From Psilocybe cubensis (lineage: Eukaryota), in NCBI GenBank assembly GCA_017499595.2, contig CM039004.1:1984001-2048000 (forward strand): 64,000 nt of DNA. The letters run 5' to 3'. The translations under genes and the position numbers were made by a program. Positions 1 through 11,975 of this stretch are shown here, piece by piece (within the stretch, counting starts at the first letter, position 1; every line of letters begins with the position of its first letter). Under the pieces are notes generated by a model. It was not told where the DNA came from. It did no database searches and worked only from the letters and a program-made list of their open reading frames with translations.

Positions 1-5
1 ACAAT

Positions 6-1973
6 TTGTCAACATCCGCCTTCAACGAGCTCAAATCCGCCTGCGCTTCACACCCGGTGCTACTTCTTCCCCGCGACGGTGCCCCATTCCGCATAGAGGC
101 AGACAGCTCTGGATACGCAACCGGCGCGGTGCTCAGCCAATTTGTTGACAATTCCTGGCAACCGGTCGCGTTTGCTTCAAAAGCCCTCAGTCCCGTTGAG
201 CGCAACTACGAGATACATGACCGCGAACTACTGTCAATCATGAGGTCTCTCGATGACTGGCGACGCTACCTCCACGGCTCCGATTCTCCTGTTGAGATCC
301 ACACCGATCACAAGAACCTTCAGTATTTCATGACCGCTCAGAAATTGAACCGTCGTCAGGCTCGCTGGTCCCTGCAGCTCGCTGAATTCGATTTCGTACT
401 CGTCCACAAGCCAGGCCCGACCATGATCTGCGCAGACTCGTTGTCCCGCCGCCCCGACTACGATAAAGGTGTTGGCGACAACGAAAACGTCACCTTACTG
501 CGCCCAGAACACATTCGACGTACTGCTGAATGCTCAATTGGGGATGACCCCGTCCTGGCTGACATTCGAACTCACCAGCACCAAATCACTGAAATGTGGG
601 AAAAGCACAAGAACCTGCCTGGCTGGTCCCTCCACGACGGCTTGCTTTCATGGCATAACCGAATCTTTGTGCCAAACAAAGGCAACTTGCGTCAACGAAT
701 ACTCGCCGACTGTCATGATCACCAATCCGTAGGCCACCCTGGCCGGATGAAGACCATGGAACTCGTCCTGCGCGACTATTGGTGGCCGTCACTATCAAAA
801 GACGCGAAGCGTTACGTTGATGGATGCCCCACCTGTCAATCAACTAAGCCTCTGAGGATGGCGCCCGCGGGCCTACTGACCCCCAACGAAATCCCTTCCT
901 CCAATTGGGAGATCATTTCCTGTGATCTCATCGTGGACTTACCTAAATCTCGCGGCTTCGATTCGATCTTTGTCGTCGTCGATAGACTCTCAAAAATGGT
1001 TCGTATCATCCCATGCAAAAAGTCAATCACTTCTGAGGGTCTCGCGCGCCTCTTCCGCGACCATGTCTGGAAAGACTTCGGACTGCCACGACGCATCATC
1101 TCCGACCGTGGTTCAATCTTCCTGTCAAACTTTACTCGGGCCCTCAACGACCTGCTAGGCATTTCACAGAACGCGTCCACCGCATTTCGACCTCAAACAG
1201 ACGGACAAACTGAGCGCGTCAATCAAGAAATCGAACAATACCTACGGATCTTTGTGAATAACAGGCAAAATGATTGGGTGGAATGGCTTGCATGCGCCGA
1301 ATTTGCTATCAACAATAAGATTCACTCGTCCACTGGCTTCTCGCCCTTCTTCCTAAACTATGGCTCCAACCCCCGCCGAACCCTGCAACCCGCACGCCTC
1401 TCGGACGACCGTGTCCCCAAAGCTCTTGAATTCGCCTCTCAAATGGATTCCCTCGCGAAGGAATCCGCTTCAGCGCTAAACCTCGCCGCTGATGCAATGA
1501 AGCGATCCTATGACACCTCTCACCGCGCTCCACCCGTCTTCAATGTTGGCGACATGGTGATGCTCAGCGCCTCCGACATCAAGTCCTCACGTCCGTCTAA
1601 AAAGCTCGATGTTAAGCGTCACGGACCTTTTCCTGTGACGAAACGCGTTGGCATCCAGTCTTACACCCTCGACCTACCGGCCTCGTGGTCGATCCACCCT
1701 ACTTTCCATGTCTCTAAACTCTCCCGTTTCATACCAGCAGAATTCGATTCCCAAACTTCACCCGCGACACCAACACCTCCCCCCGCGTTACCACCCCCAG
1801 ACATTGCAAGTGTGCTCGGCCACAGGGCCCTGCGCAGTGGAACACAGTTCCTCGTGCTGCTCGATGGCTGCACAGAGGAAGACGCTTCGTGGTCAAGCCA
1901 CTCATCCTTCCCTAACTCTGAAGTACTAAACAATTACATACGCCTCCACAACATCCCGGACGCCCACCTTTAA
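6..1973 (+). CDS. Gypsy Pol C-terminal part: RNase H, integrase, chromodomain-like tail (5'-truncated)
   Basis: RNase H (EADSSGYATGAVLSQ, ERNYEIHDRELL, HTDHKNL); HHCC zinc finger (H..GHPG..CPTCQ); integrase D,D,E (SCDLI, ISDRG, GQTERVN); GPF module; tail SVLGHR..QFLV..EEDASW. Confidence 0.95.
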   Translation: MSTSAFNELKSACASHPVLLLPRDGAPFRIEADSSGYATGAVLSQFVDNSWQPVAFASKALSPVERNYEIHDRELLSIMRSLDDWRRYLHGSDSPVEIHTDHKNLQYFMTAQKLNRRQARWSLQLAEFDFVLVHKPGPTMICADSLSRRPDYDKGVGDNENVTLLRPEHIRRTAECSIGDDPVLADIRTHQHQITEMWEKHKNLPGWSLHDGLLSWHNRIFVPNKGNLRQRILADCHDHQSVGHPGRMKTMELVLRDYWWPSLSKDAKRYVDGCPTCQSTKPLRMAPAGLLTPNEIPSSNWEIISCDLIVDLPKSRGFDSIFVVVDRLSKMVRIIPCKKSITSEGLARLFRDHVWKDFGLPRRIISDRGSIFLSNFTRALNDLLGISQNASTAFRPQTDGQTERVNQEIEQYLRIFVNNRQNDWVEWLACAEFAINNKIHSSTGFSPFFLNYGSNPRRTLQPARLSDDRVPKALEFASQMDSLAKESASALNLAADAMKRSYDTSHRAPPVFNVGDMVMLSASDIKSSRPSKKLDVKRHGPFPVTKRVGIQSYTLDLPASWSIHPTFHVSKLSRFIPAEFDSQTSPATPTPPPALPPPDIASVLGHRALRSGTQFLVLLDGCTEEDASWSSHSSFPNSEVLNNYIRLHNIPDAHL

Positions 1974-1984
1974 GAGGGGGGTGA
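1972..1984 (+). other. Polypurine tract (plus-strand primer)
   Basis: AAGAGGGGGGTGA lies between the pol stop and the LTR TG. Confidence 0.85.
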
Positions 1985-2157
1985 TGTTAGAGTTCCCTCT
2001 AACGTAGACACACACACGTGCCTGTAGTCACATATCACACAGTATTTGTAGACACACCCGTAGCTACGTAGCCTCAGTTCCTTCTTTGTTAGCACACCCA
2101 ACACGTTCTGGTCCTTCGTCTCTCTCTCCCGCCTCGTCTCCGGGTCTCCTCCTAACA
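1985..2157 (+). repeat. 3' LTR (173 bp)
   Basis: Begins TGTTAG and ends CTAACA (6-bp terminal inverted repeat), directly after the PPT. Confidence 0.9.
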
Positions 2158-4057
2158 ATTATGTCCATGAGCGATTGAGCCAGTGAGTTTTCATTTACAA
2201 TATCATTATACAAGCTGAACCTTTTTTCTAGTCAAGTGGGCACGCTCCCACATTTGGCCAAACCTGCACAGTGGATAAAAGAGCGCTTTGATAGAGTCAA
2301 GGCTTCAGTGCCAAATTACATGAGGCCCAAGTATTTTGCCCTTGTCGTCTCCGAGGCATACAAAGCTGCCCGTGCTGCTGCCATTGAGCAATGTTCAGAC
2401 TTTGTATCTTCCGGACACGAGTTCACTCAGGATCTTGCATTGTGCGCGATTCAGATGCATGGACTCGTCAAGTCGGCGTCTCTGGATCCCAGTGTGCCGA
2501 TGCCATCCCTTGCAGCGGGTCTCCCCCATTTCACTACCGGATGGGCGCGCTGTTGGGGACGTGACGTGTTTATTTCGCTGAGCGGCCTTTTCTTGACTAC
2601 TGGAAATTTCGAGGGCGCGCGAAGGCATATCTTGGCTTTTGCTTCGACGTTGAAGCATGGGTTGATCCCGAATCTTTTGGATTCTTTGCGCAGTCCAAGG
2701 TACATGTTTTTCTCATCAGGGAGATTGGGGAGTCTGACAGTGCTTGTTCTAGATACAATTCCCGTGATTCACCATGGTGGATGTTGCAAAACATCCAGGA
2801 CTATGTCAAGACTGCTCCCGATGGCATCCAGATTCTTTCCGAGCCCGTTAAGCGACGCTTCCCGAAAGACGATACCTGGGTGCCATGGGACGATTCAAAA
2901 GCATATGCGTATTCCTCTTCTATTGCAGAAATAATTCAGGAGATTCTGCAACGGCATGCAGATGGAATTACTTTCCGAGAATACAATGCAGGTCCAAACC
3001 TGGACATGCAGATGAGGGATCAAGGATTTAACATTGACATCCATGTTGATTGGGAAACTGGGTTAATATTTGGTGGTAATCAACATAATTGTGGGACGTG
3101 GATGGACAAAATGGGAGAATCAGTCAAGGCTGGTACTAAAGGTGTTCCGGGGACACCGAGAGATGGCGCACCTGTTGAGATTACTGGCTTGCTGAAGAGT
3201 ACGCTTCGATGGCTGAATGAGCTATCAAGTCAAGGAAAATTCCCATTCAAGGGTGTACAGGCTGAAAGTGAGTTTTTGCTTTGGTGCATTGGTTGTTTTA
3301 TTTACATTGACATGCGATTGTAGTCAAAGGACAGAAGCGTCTTGTGACATACGCTGAATGGTCGAAACTGATTCAAGAGTCTTTCGAGAAGTGTTATTAT
3401 GTCCCCTTGGATGCGTCCTTTGACAAGGACTACAAAATCAATTCAAGTCTTGTGAATCGACGGGGGATATACAAGGACGTGTATGGCTCTGGAGCGGGCC
3501 ATGAATGGGCAGACTACCAGTTGCGCTGCAATTTCCCGATTGCGATGACTGTTGCTCCAGAGCTGTTTGACCCTCATCACGGCCTCGGTGCACTTCAGCT
3601 GGCTGACAAGGTGCTACGGGGCCCGCTTGGAATGAAAACACTGGACACTGCCGACTTGCAGTACCGTCCAGATTACGACAACTCGAACGACTCGGATGAT
3701 CCTTCGGTGGCCAAAGGCCTGAACTACCACAATGTAAGAACTTTGATGCTCTATGGCTTGTGCAGAGACTGACGAGACACGCAGGGACCCGAGTGGGGTT
3801 GGCCTTTGGGCTATTTCTTGAGAGCATACCTTGATTTTGATACCCGGGTGGGGTCGGGCAAGGAGGATAAGAAACAGACGTTGCATTACCTGCACAAACT
3901 GCTGCTTACGCCTCGGGAGCACTTGTCAAAGGATCCATGGAGAGGACTGCCTGAATTGACAAACGCAGATGGGAAATATTGCAGGGACTCTTGTGCGACG
4001 CAGGCGTGGAGTGCAAGCACGCTGCTCGACTTTTTGGCGGATGTGAGCAAGTTGTAA
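2158..4057 (+). CDS. GDB1: Glycogen debranching enzyme, 3' exons (allele interrupted by the Gypsy element)
   Basis: Motifs SLAAGLPHF, WARCWGRDVFISL, HGLIPNLLD, NCGTWMDKMGES, TPRDGAPVEI, DYQLRCNF, YHN/GPEWGW, QAWSA across GT-AG introns. Confidence 0.93.
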
Positions 4058-4190
4058 TTTTGTACATAGTAGTAGTTGTTGTAGATTAGATTAGATCTGG
4101 ACAAGTTGTACATGTTTGTCTAGCCGGCTTATGTATTGATCGTCCAAAAAGCAGGTGCTCGTCGTTGTCCGCGTCCTGCATGTCCCAGTG

Positions 4191-7100
4191 ATGGCATTCT
4201 TCGGACTGCCCGAGCGCGACCTAAAAAGTGACCAGCACGAGAATATCGCCGTCTACGACTGGAACGACGAGAGCTACGACGGTCTCGGCGATGCCCTCCA
4301 GGAAGGGGGTGACGACTTGAACGACGAGACCTTCGGATCCACTGACCCTATTGGTAATAACTTCTATATGAATCCCTATTCATAAATCCCTAATCTCCCT
4401 CGTTATCAGGCAAGGATTTTGATTTTTCTAATCCTGTCTTGCCAAACCCCCTCCATGATCAGATTCAGCCCAGGCAGCGCGACCAACGTCAGGAGCCTCC
4501 ACGACGAGAGGAAAGGGTAGAACCCGAGCAACCCCGGACAGTCCAGACGGGTATGCTCTTGCCCGACCTCTAATGTTTCTTTCTGACCCTCAGCGTAGCC
4601 GCTCGTCCCGCTGCCACCAATTCTCTCGAGTCTATCTGGCAAGATCATTCGCTCTTCTCCACCCTTCCAAGAGCCAACGGTTCTACTCGCATCGCCGACC
4701 ATCCGCGTGCTTCCCCTGGCCCAGCTCAAGCACACTCCTCTAGGTTCTCTCCGTTCGGTAACGATGCCCCGGTTGCCATTGGCGGTGTCATCGGACAGAA
4801 TCAACAGGCGCATCAGCGGGTTCGAACGTTGCAGGAGATTGAGGCTGAGATGCTGGCAAATGCTCAGGCAGAACGCGAACGCGAACGCGAGCGGGAGCAG
4901 GAGTATCTTTTGCAACAGGAGCAGGAGCGTATCTTACAGGAACGCTTTCTCCAACAGCAGCAGCAACAACTTCTTCAGCAGCAACTACTCCAGCAGCAGC
5001 AGCGTCTTCGGGAAGATGAGGCTCGTCAGCGTCAGCTTTATCAGCAGGAACAGCAACAAGCTCAGGCACAGCGTTTGTTCTTGCAACAGCGTGAGCAGTT
5101 ACAGCAGCAGAGAACCCCACCTCCTCGCATGATGCCGTCTTCACAATCGCCACGATTCCTTGAGCACCACCGGCAGATCTTACTCCTCCAACAACAGGAG
5201 CAAATGCTTCAGCAGCAGCGTGCGCAGGAGTTGGAAGAGCAGCTCAGGTTGGAAGAGGTTGAGCGTCGGCTCTTGGCCATGAACATGGAAAGGGCTCGTG
5301 GTTCCCCATACAACCGACGGGCCCCTGGTTTTCAAGGAGTAGACCCTCAGGAAGTACTTGCTGCTCAACTTCTTCAACAGGCACAAGAACGTCAATTGTT
5401 ATTCCAGCAGCAGCACCAGCAGCAACAACAACAACAGCAGCAGCAGCAATATCGTAGGCAGGCATCCCGTTCTCGCTCACCTGCGGTCATCAATAACAAT
5501 GCACAATTCCCCATCTCGCTGCAAGAAGAGTCTCGTTATCAGCCTCAAAATATCCAACTCCAGCAAAGACTTCTTTCGGATCTCGCCCAGGCAGACTTTG
5601 GTCGTGATATGCATGGCGTTTCTCCTGCTGATCAAGAAGCTTTGAGAGTCGAGGCTATGCGCAAAATCTTGGAGGCAGAAAAAATGGAAGAAAAGCGTCG
5701 CCGTAAGGCTGCCAAAATTGCACACATGGTTAGTTGTTTTATATGAATTTTCGGACTTCTACTGAACTGAACATCAATATTGATAGTCGCGTTATAACGA
5801 CCTCATGACGCAATCGGACAAGGACTTTATTACTCGAATCCAGGTTTCACAACTCGTCACTCAGGACCCATACGCGGATGATTTTTACGCACAAGTATAC
5901 GGTGCCATAATGCGTTCTCGTATGGGTTTGCAATCCCAAGACGAACGCGTTCTCAAGTTTGGCTCTGGAGGTGGTATCGGTCTGGGATTGTCATCTAAAG
6001 GTGGCAACAGACGACCGAGCGCAATGCAGCGCATGGAACAGCAAGTCGAGCGAATTGTCAGCAATGCAAGAAAAAGGGAAGAAGAAAAGGGTCTCTATGG
6101 TCTGTCGTCGTTGTGTTTCCATTGTTATATATTCACTCATCACTGTTATTGCAGCCGTCCATAGTCTTCAAGGTGCTTTGGGGAAAACTTCTGGGAGAAG
6201 CTATAAGGCGGCGCCCAGGCAGCTTCTCCAGGTTGACGCTGGAGCAGGCGCATCGCCTACATTGTCGCACGCAACTGCTAACCTACATATCAGCAAGTCT
6301 ACAGTTCACAATGAAGGTGCTGCCAAGGAAGCTGCCAAGCTTGGGCGTGAGGCATTAGGCCTTGCCGCAGAAGCTCAAGTAAGCGCCCATTAATTTTATC
6401 CGAAGATCAGAATTTCATGCTTGGCCATTAGACGGATGATCTAGTGAAAAAAGAACCTCTCACACATAGAAAGGTTCTTGTCATTCTTGAGGAATTGTAC
6501 GACGTAGTTCTCCGAGTTGAGCAACTCAGGAGAGATCAACCTTCACCTGAAGATGTAGAGGCTTCCCAGGAATGGTAATTATATATTTGCTCTCCAATAT
6601 AAACGCACTCTAAGTACTTGTTCAGGAAAAAGGAATACGATGAACTTGTCGACAAACTTTGGGATGAATTAAGGGTCATGGTCCCTCTTCAAACGAGGTA
6701 TTATTGACTGTTTAAGGTCGTTTTGTATCCTACTGACCTACTCTCCTACAGTGATCCTCACCCTTTCATTTCCCTTTTGACGCCGACCAAGGGCAAAAAA
6801 ATTCTGCCTCGTCTCACTCGGCTACTCGACAATCAACGAATGCTTACTTTGTTGACGTTGCTTGTGGCGTGCTTCAACCAGTTGGACGTAGTTCGAAATG
6901 CACCCATTCTTGATACTATCAACGACACACAAGAAAGATCTGATGTCGAGCGCCAGACACAGGCATTTTTGGGCAGCGTCATGCAGAGCATATTACCGGT
7001 CATTTCGGTGGCCAATCTCCGCCTTGTAACGGGTCTTCTTGGATTGTTGTTGACTCGCAGTAACATTGTCACTGTTGCTCGAACCCGAGTAAGTATAATA

Positions 7101-7665
7101 AAATCCACGTTATATCATATCATCGAGCAACGAACTGATGCATTTGTTTAGCCTGGTCTGGCTTTGTTGACCCTTTTCCTCAGTAGAGTGGAGGTGATCA
7201 AACAAACGATAGCGACGTCTGATTTGGCAGATGTGGCAGAAGCCCCCACAATCGAGGAGAGTCAGCAATGGTACGCTCTATTTCTCTGGCATACCTTGGG
7301 ATTGTGTATTCATTGACCACATCCGTAGGCGACTAATGTTTGATCATCTGTTCCAACTGCTTGCACCTCATCTGCTCTCCCTATTCCCTTCATCCCGCAT
7401 TGTCAACCCAGATCCTGCCAACCATCCGGTGCCAACGGATACTGTGGACCAACCTGTCTGGCAATTCCTAGCAGCCTTGGCTCTGCATGGGTTCAACGAG
7501 CAACATCATGTGTTGGTTGGAACACTCCGTGAAAAAATTTTGGACAATGTCCTCAGTGTAAACAAGGGCTGGGTCCACGACGAAGAACAGCGACAAACCA
7601 AGCTAGCCAATGTTAATCTCTTCTTGCATGCCGTTAACCTAGACAGCTCTCAAATTGCTATGTAA
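4191..7665 (+). CDS. PAT1: Pat1 mRNA decapping activator (multi-exon)
   Basis: N-terminal MAFFG...DDLNDETFG, Q-rich middle, conserved LMTQSDKDFITRIQVSQLVTQDPYADDFY and LQGALGK, PHPFISLL..KGKKILPR. Confidence 0.9.
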
Positions 7666-7756
7666 TGATGCTTTGGGAAACCCGGGACGATACGACTACG
7701 ATATATGATATCACATCTTTTTTTACTACCATTTTTTTAAATAGCGTACATGCTAC

Positions 7757-10295
7757 CTACAGCGTGTTGATACACATAAGAGATCGAATGTTATACAATT
7801 CAAACGGATTATTGCAGTGTACGAGATCGGATTGTCGTAAATTTCCTCTTCGAACAATGTCTAGGGATGACGTGAGATATCCGGTCAAGTTCAATATTGG
7901 CAGCATGTTTATGCGAGGGAGAGAGTGGCCCGGCATATCGAGAAGCTTGGACGGTTCTTGTGAAACCTCGAGTCCCATCAAGGGTAAATCAAAGAGGTCT
8001 CGCTTTTCCTGTGAACGTTCTTTGACGTGAGACCCGACCTCTAAATGATTAGTGGAAAGCGACACAAAATCCTCGTAGTTGGGATATAGCATCACGTATC
8101 CTCTGAGAAAAACCAGCTCGATGAAAAATCGTTTCCAGGATTTTGACCACTGATTTGATCGTACTTTGGGAACGACCTCTTCTTCGAGCGGCATGACAGT
8201 TTCCGACAGGCGGATGGAGAGGTAATCGTGAAATTCTCGCCAATGCTCGGGAAAATACACTGCTCCCCAGCTGCACGGAACTTGGGAAAGATATGGAATG
8301 GTTGGGTGTTCTATGCCTTCATTGGCCAGATATATGCGTGGGTTAAACGGCTGACGACCTTCGAGCGGTAACTCGAGATTTTTCTGTTGGTAAAGACTAA
8401 TACCAAATAAAGTAGGACTTCTATTGTCAGGAACACCATACCTAGACGAAAATGAGATCAGCTGAACGCTTATCAGATAACCCGTCTACAAGAACCCACC
8501 TGTAACGCAGCAAGGCCATTTTTATCCATGCATAGAACAACGGGGAGAGTTCCACGTCATCCTCGAGGAGCAAGCCGTACGAATCATTGTTATGTGGATA
8601 CCAGGATTCCACGATCGCGGGAAGGAGGCCTGCGTGGATGATTCTGCGGTGTAAGAACACCCTTCCGAACGGCCATCTGATGTGCTCTGCGATTTCCAGA
8701 GTCTCCGCGTCGCAGCTTTGATCTATATTTATGCGCATGTCCATGGTGTCTCCAAAGTATCGGGCAGCTTGAAGGGAGTCAAGCAGTCGTTTCAGTGAGG
8801 CTGGACGGTCGTTGGTTATAACCGTAATGTCAACCCGAGGTATATTCCAATCTAAAAATGTCTATTAGTAAAATCATCTTGATTAGTGTATATACTTTTG
8901 GCTCATACTTTTCCACTCTTCCAGAGAAAGCGAAGACATCCATTCCATTTGGTTCAAGTCTGATCTTGGAATCTTTATGATGGTTGTTAAATGCAACAAA
9001 GAATTTTTATGCGGCGAGCACAAGTAGTTGGCCAATACATCCTCCTCCTTGAGGCAGAGAACGACATCTACGGGAACACTGAGATCCCCAAGCCAGTCAA
9101 GAAGTGGTGTACTGCTTGAGCCGCCTAATGCTATAGCAATCTCTCCAGAAGGAACCTCATATCCAATAGTACAATGACTAAACTCAAAGGTCCCGGAAGT
9201 CCATTCGCCTTGATCTAGTTCTGGAAACACATCGTCGTATACCAGGATTTGTATTCGCCATTGATCAGTTGCTTGCATGGCGCAGAGAAAAGATTGCATG
9301 TCTTCAACATCCTTTAGAGTAGGCAAGAACAACACGAATCGAGGTTGGGGGCTCGCTTCGGAAATATTGACCAGAGGATAAGGCAAGAACTTAGGAGTGA
9401 TGTCTGTATCGTTAGACAGGTCTTCCCATTCCACGAGATGCTGATCAGGCAGAAAGTCCATATCGACAGGATAGAGAAAAAACGAGGACAACTGCGTCGA
9501 TGTGGGCTCTTTGAAGAGGATTCCTCCGATAGGATCAGGATGAAGACTGGCTACATACTCACCAAAATCAGCCCATGTGTTGCAGTCAATAGGAGGGCCC
9601 TCATATTCCAAGCTAAATGGTGACAGACTTGAAGGCATGACAAAGGGAGGGAGAATAAACTTTCCTGGCACGATTTCTCCCCAAGAAGAGAGTTGGAGTA
9701 CCTCGCTTGCTATCAGCTCTTTCCCATGGGGACCAAAAGGTAGGCTGATATCAGGGGGATGTAAGAGGACATAAGCGTCGTATTCCAGCTGGTCAGAGAG
9801 GCCAGTGTCATCCATGATTAGGACCCATTCGGTTGTTGCAGCAGCAGCAGCTTTGAGAAAGGCAAATGGCCCATGCAAGTCCGACCATGGATGCAGCGAG
9901 ATTACAGGATGTCCCTCTGATTGTAAAGTGGAGAATGTGTCTTGGAGAACACGCCGAACGGAAGACGCGATCGTGTCAGGGCACACAATAACAAGCTCTA
10001 GGACGTGTTCCTGGGGCTCGAGGAACGGTTGAATGAGCTCTTCGGTGCGATGCAAAGAGGAAGGCAGAATGGGAAGTATCGCTGTGAGTGATTGAGGCGG
10101 AATAGATGACGTCTCGGGAACGAAGTAGACGCCGAGATCAATAGCCAGTTCTGAGAAGGTCCCTACAGATTCTTCCACCTGAGTAGCAAAATCGACATCA
10201 AGACGGGGGCGGATAGCATATAGTACAATAGAAATAGCAAAAAGACACGAGGAAGTAATGAGGGAGAGAAGCAGAAAGGCAGGATTCAAAAACAT
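7757..10295 (-). CDS. Membrane-anchored glycosyltransferase family 2-like protein
   Basis: N-terminal hydrophobic segment; C-terminal ITNDRPASL.RLL, LLLEDDVELSP, CSWGAVYFPEHWREF, SWKRFFIEL motifs across several exons. Confidence 0.65.
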
Positions 10296-10532
10296 AGTGG
10301 CTGCTTGTCAAGTGAGTATTGAAACGCGTAGAGAATGGTTTACAGTAGCCGTCACGTGGGCGCGATTCTATCCTTCGCATTAGGTCAGTGTGGTGTAGGG
10401 TGCGTGCAATATATACTAACTATGTACTATTATACTATGAAGATAAAAACATTTTGGCGGGAGCTGGTATAGCAATGATAATCAGATATGCCGTCATTAT
10501 CCTCAGAGTGTCATAAAAATCAGTCATGTCTA

Positions 10533-11775
10533 TTAATCAGATCGGATGGCCGCTTCTGTAAAATGCAGAAAAGATCATTTAGGTCCATTTGAATAGAATA
10601 AGGAAGAGCAAGTGAGACGAACTGAAGAACTCGTAGGACATCCAGCACAGCGCGGAACTCGGCATGATAGTCAGTACTCTTGGCGTCAATCCTCTCCCGA
10701 ATCCTTTCAGTCCGTCCCTCGCCCAGATAACTTTGAATGCGTCGGCCATACCCTTGACATTCCGGATGTCAGCTTCCGTGGACGCCCCTCGTGTCTGCAG
10801 AATCGTCTTGGCTACGTCGAGAGGCGTTGTCACAGCGGCAGCCACTGCACCAGCAATTCCTCCAGCGATTATGTGGGACTGGGGCGAGTATTCATTTCGG
10901 GGGTTCATGAACTTTTTGAGATGGTCGTAGACGGTGTATTGGATGGCATTGAAGGGAATCGTAATGGCTAATGTTGTGGGGTAGGAAACGTAGAAGGCGC
11001 CAATACCCTCTGCTCGGTAGACTGAGCGAGCGCACACCCATACAGAACGGAATTCCGACTTGTGAACCTGCATTCGTTGCTTGACAACTAAAAAAAGGTT
11101 ACTACATGAGTGGCAAAAAATATAATTGATACTCACCATCGAAAGGGTTCATAAAAGCGTCGGCTGCTATCGTACCTGAGGCTCCTGCCAATGCTGCGGA
11201 GTTACGAGTGGTAGTTTTTAAGACCAAAAAATTGCAAAAGGAGAGCGAAAAGGAACATACAAGTAGCTAACCACTGGTTCCCAGCCTCGTTGCCTCCACA
11301 TAGCTCCTTGACTGCCTCTAACGTCCCGAAATGCACTGCGTGAGCGGGACCGGCACCGAGAATGACGGATGAAACACCTCTCCAGAGGGCTCGGACTCCT
11401 TCTGTGGAGGCGATCCTGGAGAATGCATTGCCAACACCGCTGTATACAGCGAGCGGTGATGTGGCGAAAACCTGCATCCGTGTCTGCGCGCGAGAAAAGA
11501 CTTTGAGAAAGAATTCCCAGCCACGATACAAGACCCACTTTGATACTGTCTATGGGGAACATCACAGCGTGCTCGGAAATGCCAGCCTATGGCGCCTTTT
11601 ACTGAGTGAAGGACATATGTGGCTGAAAGGGAATCTTACGAGTGCGCCTGCAAGCATATTGACCTAGAAAAAGAATTGGACGCGTCAAGAATTGGGGGAG
11701 AAAACTAATTATACGCCAACTTACACCAAGACCGGCATTTGAGGGTAGACCCTCATAGTCGATTTCGTCGGCCAT
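10533..11775 (-). CDS. Mitochondrial carrier, mitoferrin (Mrs3/4) type
   Basis: MADEIDYEGLP start, three carrier repeats (PIDSIK, PFDVVKQR, PLDVAKT), GAGPAHAVHF. Confidence 0.9.
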
Positions 11776-11975
11776 GGTATATACTGGTGACGAGGAGGTC
11801 TAAGGTGGGTCTCTGAGGTGGGTGCTGGTGGAAAGCAAGAGAGACCTCACTGCCTGGGAGCTGGAAGGAGATAAAAGGTGTGAGCCTGTGAAATATTCAA
11901 ATTGACCTCCGCGGCAAAATTAGTCTGAGCAATAACCGTTGTGTTTTATTACACGCTACTAACAACTTGTTCTAA

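Larger units (their letters stand above)
1..2157 (+). mobile_element. 3' part of a Ty3/Gypsy (chromovirus-like) LTR retrotransposon
   Basis: Uninterrupted pol ORF, followed directly by a polypurine tract and a TG...CA LTR; the 5' part lies outside the window. Confidence 0.95.

Noticed and set aside
4860-5450. CAG/CAA-rich tracts and long antisense ORFs
   Set aside because: Explained by the poly-Q, low-complexity region of Pat1; the antisense ORFs are shadows.
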